Source of the DNA: the human T2T-CHM13v2.0 reference genome, Homo sapiens | Assembly: GCF_009914755.1 (NCBI RefSeq) | Contig: NC_060931.1 | Reading direction: 5' to 3' (one strand) | Length of the DNA stretch: 64,000 bases | Part shown: in pieces, positions 1 through 13,169 of the stretch | How positions within the stretch are numbered: the first letter of the stretch is position 1 | Layout of the letters: every line of letters begins with the position of its first letter | Notes under the pieces: model-generated | Told to the model about the DNA's origin: nothing | Database searches by the model: none | The model's input: the letters and a program-made list of their open reading frames with translations, nothing else | Position numbers and translations under genes: made by a program

Positions 1-760
1 ATTAAAGATTTAAATGTAAAAGAAGAAACAACAAAGTCTGACTAAGAAAAATGTACAGCAGTATCTTAGTGATCTAGAAGGGTAACAAAAGCATAAACCT
101 TAAGTAAAGAAAACTGCCAATGGAGCATACAAAAGCTAAATATTTCTGTTCAGTAGCAGGAACCGTGGACAAGACTTATAGGTAACAAAATTAGAAAGCA
201 AGATAGAGTAAAGCATTTGGAGATTATGTGGAATGCACATCCTCTCTTGCATGGCTTGTGGAGGTATAGACTGACTTTAGTGATTGCAGAGAGCAATCTG
301 GTACCATTAGTTAAATTAAGTATAATCATACCCCAGATATAACCCAGGAATTCTCAACAGCACGAGTATCAAGATGTTCCCTATAGCTTTCACTATGGCG
401 GCACAAGAAAATATACAGTTGAATACCACAATGAAATTTATGCAAGAAGAATGGATCAGTAAAATGTGGTGGGTATTTGCAATGGAGCATTACTTAACAG
501 TTAGAAGAAACAGATTAGATGTACATAGGCAGACACAGAGAAATCTTTAAAAATAGCACTTACTACGAAAAAGTAATAAAGAAAATGAGATTATAACATG
601 TGTGTGATGCACCTGTTACCATGCACACAGTTAGCAATGCACATTTTGAAAGAACACCTCCAAAATACATGTTGAACACATGATGTTGATTGTCTACATG
701 AGGAGAACAATGACAATGGGGTGGACTAATGGTTATAGTGTATCATAAACTTGGAAGTGT
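1..760 (+). mobile_element. Ancient L1 (L1M/L1ME-like) ORF2-end/3' fragment
   Basis: ATTAAAGATTTAAATGTAAAAG at the start and AAAATGTGGTGGGTATTTGCAATGGAGCATTAC resemble L1 ORF2-end and 3'UTR consensus; highly diverged. Confidence 0.6.
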
Positions 761-2502
761 GATTAAATATTCAATTTTTGAGGTCCATGAAAATTGCTTT
801 TAAAAACTGAATTCCATTTCTGGCATTATGGTAGAATGTCCTGAGATACTCTCCCATGGAACAAACAAAATACAATATAAAACATATTTTAAAATATATT
901 TAATGTATTTCTCAAAATCAAATAAATAATTAAAAAAAGAATCCAATGACATAAGCAAGTACTTAAGCTGTCTTTTTCCCAGAAGCATCAGTTGAATCCT
1001 ACTGAAGTTAACTTTCTGGTTTCATGTCTACACTTGGAGCACAAGGAACAAGAAATAAGCCTAGTACTTTCCCAAGTTGGGGCACCAAAGAGATGTCTAC
1101 TTAAAGTGAAAAGACAGAAGGATAGGGCAATTTAGAAACAAAATTACCTCATTTAAGGACACAAAAGTAAAAGTTGCCTACCTTGACAATGACACTATGT
1201 AAAAGGATAAATATCTCTACTGAGATTTCATTGTTCCTAGATGACATTCACATGCATTTTCAAACTCAAATTCTGGCTATCTGTATTGCCTGAAAAATTT
1301 AAAGCCAGGAATTCAAGCTGTCTCAGATTAATAGTACCCATAATTTCCTAGAAGGAAACACAAATTCTTTCCAAGAAAACCCATTTCAATTCATTTCTCC
1401 CAGAATTTTCCCACAGATAAATGTCAAAGGAACATCAAAAGCAAAAGGAAATAGGGTATCATGAGTAACAACCAGTGATATGAAAATATGATTAGGCATG
1501 TTAGAAAATAAAAGTATATCAAACTTCTAAAAATTTCTTAAAGTATTTCAATTTGAAGTACAATAGAAAACAAATTATATATAGCTGAATAATTATTTAT
1601 CTGATACTTAAATCTTAAGAAATTATTTAGACTATGCACATAAAGAAAATGAGATGCTAAATATAAAGAGAGGTTATTAAGAGACATGGAAAATAGATTA
1701 TGATGGTTTAACATTCATTCAGAGTCTAGTAGGAGAGAAATAGGACAATATCTTTTGTGGTAATGGTTGAAAATATTCAAGAGCTGATTATTAGACGTTT
1801 CTCTTAACATTCAGGTAGCCCAGATAATCTCAAACAAAATAAATAAAATAAAATTCATACCTAGATACAAAGTGCTGATGTTTCAGAACACCAAAGACAA
1901 AGTAAAGATCTGAAAATTAGTCAAAGAAAAGACAAAAACCTGAAATTAAATGGCAATTCCACTGACAGCTGACTTTGCAACAGCAGTAATGGAAACCAGA
2001 AGACAATGGAATAATATCACGGAGGTGCTGGCAGAAAGATCTATCTAGAGTTGTACATCTAGTAAAACTCTAGAATACAGAGGAAAAATAGAAAATGTTC
2101 TCAGATAAACAAAAATGGATCTATAGACACCAACTGAAGAGAAATTCTAAAGGTGTTTTTTTAAATAAGAAATATGAACTCAGATGGAAAATCTAACCTG
2201 TAAGAAAAAATAATAAGTAAATACATTAGTAAATCTGATGGGTAAATCTAAATAACTATTGACTGTATGACAAAATAATAATAGAAATAATAACAACATT
2301 TAATTTTAGGTGTTAGAAACAAGCAAATCTTAAGTACAGACATGAATGTAATTTATTTAAAAAATAACTGAAATATATATAACCTGTGAAATTTAAATTA
2401 CACTTCCAAATAACTCCTCTATTGAAGAATATATAACTTTTGGAACATTATTAAATTGTTAAATAAACATTACTTCAAAAACTACATATCAAAACACATA
2501 GG

Positions 2503-3217
2503 CACATCACACCCATCAAGATGGCCAATATCAAAAATAATAATAATAGCAAGTGTTGGTGAGGATGTGAAGATTTGGTACTCTTTTGCTGGTGGGAATG
2601 TCAAGTAGTATAGCCACTGTGAAAAACAATATGCCAGTTCTTCAAAAAAATTAAAAATAGAATTACCATATGATTTAGAAATCCTACTTCTGGGTTATAC
2701 TCAAAAGAACTGAAAGTAGAATCTCAAAGAGATCTCTGTACATCCATGTCCATAGCAGCACTATTCACAATTGCTAAAACTTAGGAGTAACCCATGTCCA
2801 TCCATAGGTGAAGGTATAAACACATGGTCTTTACATGCAATGAAATGTTATTCAGCCTTCAAAAGGAAGGAAATTCTGACATGTACTACAACATGGATGA
2901 ATCTTAAGGATATTTTGCTAAGTAAAAGAAACTAGTCACAAAAAGATAACGTAGTTAGAGTACTCAAAATTTTAGCGACAGAAAGTAGAGCAGTGAATTC
3001 CATGGACTGAGGAGTGGGGAGAATGGAGAGCTGTTGTTTAATAGGGACAGAGTTTTAGTTTTACAAGATCAAAAAAATTCTGAGGATGGTTGGTGGTGAT
3101 GGTTGCACAACAATGTTAATGCACTTAATACCACTGAACTACTGTATACTTTTAAAAAAGGTAAGGCAGTAAGTTTTATATTCTGTGCATTTTATTGTAA
3201 TAAAAAATTGGAAAAAA
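2503..3217 (+). mobile_element. L1MB/L1MA-type 3' end inserted into the older L1
   Basis: Typical L1M 3' consensus (GCAAGTGTTGGTGAGGATGTG; GGTGGTGATGGTTGCACAACAATG; CACTTAATACCACTGAACT). Flanked by a near-identical TSD AAAACACATAGG (2491-2502) / AAAATCACATAGG (~3215-3227). Confidence 0.8.
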
Positions 3218-3273
3218 ATCACATAGGATTTACCTAAAATAGCACTTAATAGAAAATGTATAGAAGTAAAACC

Positions 3274-3338
3274 AAGAAAGAAAAGAAAGAGGAGAGAAAG
3301 AAAGAAAGAAAGAGAGAGAGAGAAAGAAAGAAGGAAAA

Positions 3339-3398
<60 letters not shown>

Positions 3399-3663
3399 AA
3401 AAAAGAAAGAAAGAGAGAGAGAGAAGGAAGGAAGGGAGGAAGGAAAGAAAAGAAGAAAGAAAGGAGGGAGGGAGGCAGGAAGGGAAGGGAAGGAAGGCAA
3501 GGGAAGGCAAGGGAAGGGAAGAGAAGGGAAGGGAAGGAGAAGAGGAAGAGGAAGGAGAAGGAAAGAAAGAAAGAAAAAAAGAAAGAGAAAGAAAGAAAGA
3601 AGAAAGAAAGGAAAGAAAAAAAGAAAGCGAGAAAGAGAAAGAGAGAGGGAGAGAGAAAGGGAA
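3274..3663 (+). repeat. Complex GA-rich microsatellite including (GAAA)15
   Basis: ~390 bp almost purely purine. Perfect GAAA array at 3341-3400, plus GA, GGAA and GGGAA blocks. Confidence 0.97.
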
Positions 3664-4536
3664 TCACCCTATTTTAATTGCAGAGAATAAACCCAAAGAC
3701 AGTACACAGGGCAAAATGGTAAAGATAAAAACAGAAGTTAATAAAATACAGAACTAAAATATGACAGATTAGAAAAACAAAACAACAGGTTTATTTTAAA
3801 TCTCATGAAATTAAGAAATCTCTAATGAAAATTTTCACGTTATGAAGAGAATGCACAGAAGCAACTTCTGAAAAGGAAAATAAATTCAAACTATAGATGC
3901 TTCAAGAAATAAAAAGATGAGTATACTGAGTACAACCTGATGGCAATTTAATATGTAAACCAAACTAGAATTAACAAATTTCTAGAAAAAAAATAACTTA
4001 ACGAATAACTCAAGGAGAGTTAAAAAAAAATCAAACAGTCCAACATCCCTTAAATCTGTTGAATCAGTAGCATAAAATCTTTTGAGAAAAGAAAATATCA
4101 TGCCTGATAATTGTACAAGTAAATTCCTGCACAATTTATTCAAAAAATTCTAACCTTATACAAACTTTTTTAGAGTACAGAGGAAAAGAATACTATTTAG
4201 TTGAGTTTATGAAGTTAATTTGCTCCAAATACTAAAACCAGATAAGAATAAACAGGTGAAAAAAAAAAAAGCATAGGCCAATCTCATTCATCTGCAAAGA
4301 ACAAGAGAAAGAACATCAGCATGAAATCTAACATGTATAGAATGTTATGGCTATGTAGGGTTTCATCTTATAACTACATGGTTTAGCATCAGAAAACTCA
4401 TTGATAGATAAAAATATTTATACATAAATGGGGAAAATGAGAAAAAGCGACTTAATAGCATTCATTATTCATGAAAGTATTGCTCAGAATAGTAGGAAAT
4501 TAAGAAAACTTACTTAAACTGATAGAAGGAGGCTAC

Positions 4537-4584
4537 TAAAATCCTAGGAAAAACATCGTATAAAATCCTAGGAAAAACATCGTA
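4537..4584. repeat. Perfect 24-bp tandem duplication
   Basis: TAAAATCCTAGGAAAAACATCGTA x2. Confidence 0.95.
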
Positions 4585-6571
4585 TTTAATGGTGGGCTGT
4601 TAAAAGCCTCCCGTTTAAAATGAGTTGCATGATGACGATTCCTAATATCACACTTTCCTTCAACATTATATCTGAGACTGTAGCCAGTAATCAAATACAA
4701 GAAGAGGATACAAAATAAGAGAATGGCTCGTAAATGACTAGAACATCTAAATGACATGTAAGATGTCAAAATAAGAGAATGACATCTTAAATGAATAGAA
4801 CAAAGCCATAATTATTTGCAGATAATATGATGTTCTGTAGAAAATCCAAATGAATCTGCTGATGAATTATTAGAATTAAATAATGGAATTTTAAAAGAAT
4901 GTGTGATACAAAATAAATAGAGAAAAGTTAATTGCATTTGTATACCTCAGCCAAAAGTATTTACAGTGTGGAAATTTAATATTAAGTAATATGAAATTTA
5001 CAATAGAAACCAAAATTGTAATTACCTAGGAATAAACATAATATTAATAGATGTACAAATTTAGAAGACCTAAACAAAAAAATTAGATATCTGTATAGGA
5101 AGACTTAATATATTAAGATGTTAATTATCTTCAAATTCATCCTTCTATTCAAGAAAAATCCAAATTTCCAGCAGGTAATTGGTTACATCAAGCTAGCTCT
5201 AAAATTTATATGTAAGAGCCAACAGTCAAAAATGAGCATTGCTGAAGGGAAGAATACATTGGAAGGATGGACATTATCACATATCAAGACATACTATAAA
5301 AATATGATCATTGAGATATGTTTTATTTGTATAGAGATAAACAAATATACTTACAGAATAGAGTACCCAGAAACAGACTTAACAAAAAAATAGAAACCCA
5401 GTTATGACAGCTAGCATTGAAGAACATGGGAAAATGGACAGCAACAATTACTTTTACATAGGGAAGAAAATGAACTAGGATTCCTATCTCACATAATACA
5501 CTAAAATCGTTTCAAGGTAAATTTATGACATAAATGTTAAAAGCAAAACTATAAAAGTTTTGAAAGGCAATGTAGTAGACTATTACCATGTATAGGGAAA
5601 ACTTTCTTAAAGAGTCGAAAAACACATTCGCAGAAATGATTAACCAATTGGTCTGAAAATTGAGGTACAATGAAGACGTGAAAAGATGATACACATCGGA
5701 ATAAAATATTTACAACACAGATCACTGAGCAAGTATTTTTTAAAACATATAAAAGAGTCCCAATATATAGATACAAAAAAGACAATTCGATGGAGAAGTG
5801 AACAAATTACTTCAATGGGTACTTCATGCAAGAGAAAAATAAAATATGAAAAAGATGCTCAATCTCATTAGTAAGCAGGGGAATTCCAATCAAAGCCACA
5901 ATTATATTACAGTGGCAAGAAGCTTAAAGATTGACAATATCAAGTGCCTAGGACATTGTGGGACAGAGGAGTAGTGAGTACTTTCTGTGCCTAACACACA
6001 GGAGGGCGGTTGTGTAACCAGTGTTACAAAGGGTGTTCCTTGACCATGAAAAGCAAGTCCAACAAAAGAGTGAAGAAGCCAAGTGGTTTTAAGTGCAAAT
6101 CAAAGTCCCTCAAGTTAAAGCAAAACCAGTCACACTGACTATATTTTCAATGTATTCATTTAGTGCACCTAAAATCCATTCAGTGTCCAAAACTCTGATG
6201 ATCAAATTAATTCAAATAACAATATCACAAAATCATAGTAATGTGCAAACCAGCTGCCATCTATTTTTGTAGCCATAGTGAGAGATTATATTTTAGATGA
6301 TGATAAAATAGTCACTAAAATGATTTTTAAATTGTTAAACTATTACAAGCATAGTCAGTACTTATTATGCTTTATTATGATCTGAAAGTCACACAAGTTT
6401 GTAAACTATCATTATTATAAGAACTGTTTTAAAACAGATGACAGGGGTTGTGTTTTTTCGTTATTGTTGTTTTGTTTTCTGTCTTTTAAGACATTTTCTG
6501 TGAAGCAATAGATTCATGAAGGAGAGAGAACAGCATTGATAGGAAGTAACTAAAACTTCATTTCATTCAGC

Positions 6572-6613
6572 TTGTGCACATGTACCCTAAAACTTAAAGT
6601 ATAATAAAAAAAA
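6572..6613 (+). mobile_element. Ultra-short young L1PA 3' terminus with poly(A)
   Basis: TTGTGCACATGTACCCTAAAACTTAAAGTATAATAAAAAAAA corresponds to the terminal ~40 nt of young L1PA elements. Confidence 0.85.
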
Positions 6614-6924
6614 GTTAATAGATCCTCCATGAGCTTTAATATCCAATGTCCTCATTGTGAAGTTGCCTCAATTACGTGTGCTACAATTTGCAAACCAGTT
6701 AAAAATAAAAATGATAAATTGGCAACTAAGTTCAGCCAGTCCTGGAATTCTAAAATTCTAGGATACACCATTGATTACTGGTAAAAATACGAAGATTCTC
6801 CATCATCTTGAATTTTATAATTCTGACAGCTTTATGGAAGGAACATATTCTGCCATTGTCCTGGGCATCACTCTACAAGCTTTCTTGCTTGTAAGTAGAT
6901 CTGAGCCAAGTGCCAGGGCTGCAG

Positions 6925-7110
6925 AAGCAAGTTCTAGGGCTTTGGAGTCAGACAGCATTGGATTCCCACTGAATTAAGTACTGTGCTTCTGCGCCTAGCC
7001 TCAGGTTTACTATGTATAAATGAAGTCTAAATAACCACCTGGTGGGCTAGTGCAAGTATTAAGCACAATAATGCCTCTGAAAGGCCCAGGACATTCTTGG
7101 AACAGAGAAG
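6925..7110 (+). mobile_element. MIR
   Basis: GGCTTTGGAGTCAGAC and GCCTCAGGTTTACTATGTATAAATG resemble the MIR core. Confidence 0.6.
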
Positions 7111-8129
7111 CTCTGTTTCTGCTCAGCCTGTCTCCATTCCTGCCTGATTAGCTCAGGACGCCACAGAGAGCAGGAGGGGCAGCCACATAACAGGTTGGGG
7201 GGTGTGTCCATTGGACCAGCTTGCATATCATCTCACCTCTGACTGCACTGTCACTGGCCCTCATGTGCTCTCCCTTCTTTGTCTGCTAAGACCCTCCCAA
7301 TGGTTTGCTGTTGACATCCAACCTCAGCTCTGTTCCCTAGACTCCGATGCACATCTCTCCTCTCCAGAACCTGCCTCTATGGAGTGGCATTAAACATCTG
7401 CCATCCTGAGCCCTCGCTGGTATGGTCCCAAGACCTCCCACAAATGTCACAAGTACCACCAGATACCTGAAACATTCTTTCCCCAACTCTTGTCAGAATG
7501 TCCCAACCATAGGCTCTCAGCTTCAGTTCTGCCTGCCTGGTGACATGCCGGCCTGAGGCAGTAGGACAGCCTTGCATGTTTGGCAATAGAGCTGTGCTTC
7601 TCTGAATGATTTAGGAATGATCTGGGTATATTAAAAAACTAAAAATCCAAGGTGTCTATTATGATACATGATTGCCAAATCTGCCACTCTTTATCTCCCA
7701 GTTGTTCCTTGTCCCATTACAATTTGGTTTAGAATTAACCCATTCCCTCCAACCGTTCTTGCTGGCTTGTAATTGTAATATGTATGCAATGGACACAAAA
7801 TCTGAAGCATCTCTTCCTGAGTCCCGGTCTGCCTCTAACTTGCTTTGTAAATAGTCACTCTGTCTGTTTAAAGTGTCTCCACCCTCTTCCTTCTATCTTC
7901 TGTTAAGCTACAGGAATGCTGTTTTCTAAAATGCCATCCTTTATGGAAAGATCATGACATTCCTTTCCATAAAATCCTAAAATGTCAAACATAAGAATCA
8001 TTTGGTTCTTTGTAATACAGCTCTAGCTTTACCTCCCACTATTTTTTCAAAACCTAATATGTACCTTATATTTATTTCTTCATGTATCTTACATTACAAA
8101 CATATAGACCCATGTGCACTTTTCCAAAT

Positions 8130-9330
8130 TGATCATATTCTTTCTTTTTACAGTAATGTTTTCTGGAAACAATCTCAAATTTAGAGATAAGTTTCAAGAA
8201 CACTACTAAAAAGTTTGTACCTTCAAATCATTGATGGCAGGTTGTGGACATAATGCTCAATCTATCCCAAACTAGAGTACATTTTCTAAAAACAAATAAA
8301 TTACCCAAAAACATATTCCATAAGTCTATCAAAATACAAAACTAAAATTGTTATATGACTGCCATTCAATCCACAAACCCAATTCAAGTATCGTCATTTG
8401 GTCCAAAATATCCTTTATAGCAAAGGGATCAAGTTTAGAAACATGCATTGCTTTTAGTTATAATTTCTCTTTAGTCTTCTTCAACCTGAAAAAGTTACTC
8501 AGTATCTCCTTGACTTTCATGTTCTTGACAGGTTTGAAGAATACAGGCCAGGTGTTTTAGGAATTTCTCCCAATTTGGATTTGCCTGGTGTCTCCTCATG
8601 ATTTGCTGTGCTGTGATTTGTCTTGCTGTGTCCTATCAAGTGAAACACAGTTTCGATTTGTTTCATTACTAGTGATGTTGACTTTGATTGCTTAAAGTGG
8701 TAAGTGTCATGTTTCTTCACTGTAAAATTGTTTTTTTCCTTTTTAATTGAGGGTTTTATGGGTAGCTGCTTTGAGAGACTATGCAAATATCCCATGCCTC
8801 ATTAAAGTTATAATTTGTTCACTTATTTATTGTCTATATCACTATGAACTATTGGTTCCCTATTAAATTCAGTGGATTACAATCCATTACTATACTGATG
8901 TATTTTAATGTTTAAATTCTTCTAGATTTGAACAGTGGGACCCTCTTCAAGTTTTCTTCTGTGTCCTTTTAATGTGTTCCTTTTCAAACCTTAACAACTT
9001 TCTTACTTTATCACAGCAAACTATTCCAAGCTCATGTCATATTTTCTCTGTTCTAGCTTTGAAATCAACCATTATTCCAAAGATCCATGGTTCCCATTTG
9101 GTGGAAATGGTATTGCAAAACCAAGAGCTGGATCTAGGTGTACTCATTGCTATTGAATGTTGCTGTTTCTACTATTTCTTGGAGACAGAGCTAGGGCATA
9201 TCATTGTATAAATACCTACACATAGGTGATAATATGGACAAATCTACAGATAGCTTCGATTTCAATTCAGAACCATAGTTTTAGTTTGGTTCCTTTATAT
9301 TTCTAACATCCTTCTCCAACAATAAGAAAC
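8130..9330 (-). mobile_element. L1MC-type 3' region fragments
   Basis: TCCCAATTTGGATTTGCCTGGTGTCTCCTCATGATT...TTACTAGTGATGTTGACTTTGAT is typical of antisense L1MC 3'UTR. Confidence 0.6.
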
Positions 9331-9699
9331 TAGCTCTCATTATTCTTAATATTTATTTGATTAATCTCCTTGGCCATAACCAATCTCCCTCTCCTGCACT
9401 GATGCCTCTTTAATCCCAGTTGGCCCAGACACCTCACATCAGGCTGCATGGCACACATCCAGGTCTTGTTGCAAGCTAAAAGCCTACCAAGAAAAAGGAC
9501 AACACTTACCCTATATTGTGTCTTCTTCCGAGTATCAACTCCACTGTGGCATCTGCCTATGTTCATTCACCCCGGTGCCTTCAGGTTATATTTTTGTGTT
9601 TTGTCCAGGGTTTTTAGCTGGTCTCTGGGAGGTTTGGTCCAGCAGGAGCTAACACAGCCATAGCGGAAGCTGCCATAGGATTTTGTTTATTTTCTTTTT

Positions 9700-10790
<1,091 letters not shown>

Positions 10791-11044
10791 GTCCTTATAC
10801 CTAAGGTATAAATCTTATTTTTTTAAACTTTAAATTCAGACTGACAATCATAGTCCTTTTATTTGAAATATTATCAATTTTCATTATCACTACTTTTATA
10901 TTTAGATTTAAATCTACTATCTTGCAATTCATTTTCTATTTGTTGCACTTGTTCTGAGCTTCATTTTTTCCTTCCTTTTTTTTTATTCTGTCCTAATTAA
11001 ACTTTAAAAAAATTCCTTCCATTTTTCCCTCCATTTACTTAATG

Positions 11045-11435
11045 GTTAAACTTTTAAACTTTTGAGATAATTGTACATTCACATGCAGTTGCAAGAAATA
11101 ATGGACCCTGTCTCCTTATGCTAACATCTTGCAAAACTACAGAACAATATCACAACCATTGACATTGACATTGACACAATCCACTGATCTTATTCAGATT
11201 TCCTCCATTTCACTCATACTTGAGGGTGTGCTTGTGTATCTAGTTGTATCAATTTTATTCCATGTGTAGGTCCATGTATCCACCATAGCAGTCAAGGTAA
11301 AGAGGCATTCCATCACCACGAGGATCCCTCAGGCTGTGCTTTCATAGCACCTTCCACCTTGTCCTTCTGCCCACCCCATTCCACTCCTAACCCCTGGAAA
11401 CGTAGATCTAGCCTCTACTTCTAAATTTTGTCATC
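11045..11435 (-). mobile_element. L1MB/L1MC 3' end
   Basis: TTTGAGATAATTGTACATTCACATGCAGTTGCAAGAAATAAT...ACATCTTGCAAAACTA is an antisense L1M terminal motif. Confidence 0.65.
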
Positions 11436-12407
11436 CTGATTTACTTATAGTGTTTATATTTATTGGTATGGTTTTCTTAGCGGTGGCCCTGGGTATTATA
11501 ATATGCGTAAGTGACATCACAATCTACTGGCATCCAAGCATATTATCAGTTTTATATTTGGTAAGTTTGGTAAAGGGTTATAGTTACCTGTTATGGTTTT
11601 TAGCATGGAAGTTCTTAGAGACAATAATATTCTAATATGTACCATCAATATCCATGATACTGACTTGATGTGTAGCATTTCACAAGGTTATTTGTTCTGA
11701 AAACCTTCATTTTTAATAGATCAGTTAATATCTCAGGGAACTTGTATCCTGTGGATGCCACTCAAAATGTTTCAACATATCTTTTCATTAAAAAGATATG
11801 TAGTACTGGTTTTAACCATTGGCAAATGAAATCCCCATCTTGAAAATCCATCATATATTATATTTTATATTTTTCTGGTATTTTATATATGTATAAGATA
11901 AATTATTATTTAGTTTTTGTATATCAATTATGTCGCTTCATATTTTAACTATTTATAAACTCTAGATATAAGTTTTAGTCTAGATTATCAATTGTGTTTA
12001 AGTGTTTCTAGGCTATGGAAATACAGGGTGCCATGAAAGTGGCATATGAGCATTCATACCTGTGCACCTGAGGCAGGCTTTACAGATAGACCACAGGAAA
12101 TACCACTAATCAATCACAGCACCCTTTCACTTTGAGCCGGGTATAGCCTCAGAATCCTTCACAATTCTGCTTTCTAGGTAGCCATGGAAACAGGTCAGAA
12201 TTCATATACAAGATAGGAATTTACTCTGCAGTAATGCTCATTTATATGACTGTTATTAAATTATTTTATTTTCAGTTTCAGAAATGACATTAACCTTGTA
12301 TTCAACTTGAAACCAATCTTAAAATACTTAATTTTTACCTCTAATCCTTTGATATTTTAACTTTCCTATTCTATATTGATTAAATTTTTATCCATTTCTT
12401 GAATCTG

Positions 12408-12539
12408 TTTTTCAGATGTTCAAAGAAAATGTACCACTTATATCACTGTTATTTAATAATGGCAGTTATTGGCATCTAATAATGGCAGTTATGCCATTAT
12501 TAAATATAAGTGATACATTTTCTTTGAATATCTGAAAAA
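12408..12539. repeat. 48-bp-arm inverted repeat (hairpin) within an old L1 fragment
   Basis: The left arm 12408-12464 equals the reverse complement of 12492-12539, except for 2 mismatches and a 9-bp insert. Confidence 0.9.
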
Positions 12540-13169
12540 TGCTTTTTTCTAGCCCTTATATTAGAACAGAAATTTGGTGGTGTATCACATTCCTGAGCCA
12601 AACATTTTGTACTAAAATCCCCGTAGATGCTGTTTCTGCCTTTTCTTCCCAGAAGTACTGTTACAGAGGAAAGCTGTGAGATGATGATGATGATAGTTAT
12701 TATGCATTTGTGTATAATCAATTTCCTCACTTTTTTCTTGAAGCTTATAACAGATTTTTTGTTACTATTATCTTTGTATTTGAAAAATGTTGCCAAGGCA
12801 GTTCTAGTGCACTCCTTATCACTTATTTTGCTTCGATTTCAGGGCACTTTGTTATTAGCTCAGGAATGTTTTAATCAGTCTTGATTTTATTTATTGCTTC
12901 AATTCTAATTTGCTTGTTTTCTTCTTGTGGAATACCTATAATGCTGGGTTAGTCTTTTGTCTCAATCCTTCATAACAACCATCTTCTCTTTCATCTTTTT
13001 TACTTTTGTCCCTATACTTAGAAAGATAGTACAGTTTCTTTCTTCTACTTTTCACTTCACATTTTTTATTTAATTTTCAACTGTGTAAGACCTGTTTTTT
13101 ACTGATATAACCAATTTTTTAGAATAAGTCAATTTAACTAGACACAAAATTTAATTAGGCCTAAACCCT

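Larger units (their letters stand above)
1450..5960 (+). mobile_element. Degenerate L1M ORF1-ORF2 body, interrupted by a younger L1 3' end and a GA microsatellite
   Basis: ORF1-like (CATACCTAGATAC...CAGAACACCAAAGACAAAG) and ORF2-like (TTATTTGCAGATAATATGATG, AAGATGCTCAATCTCATTAG) segments in L1 order, A-rich on +. Confidence 0.75.

Noticed and set aside
3139-3690. 123-145 aa ORFs (K/E/R-rich and F/L/S-rich)
   Set aside because: These are translations of the GA microsatellite; it lacks stops only because of its composition.
5975-6772. Possible hAT-type DNA transposon, and a partial CTCF-like motif at ~6250
   Set aside because: Only one putative terminal repeat seen and the family could not be assigned by eye; needs a Dfam search.
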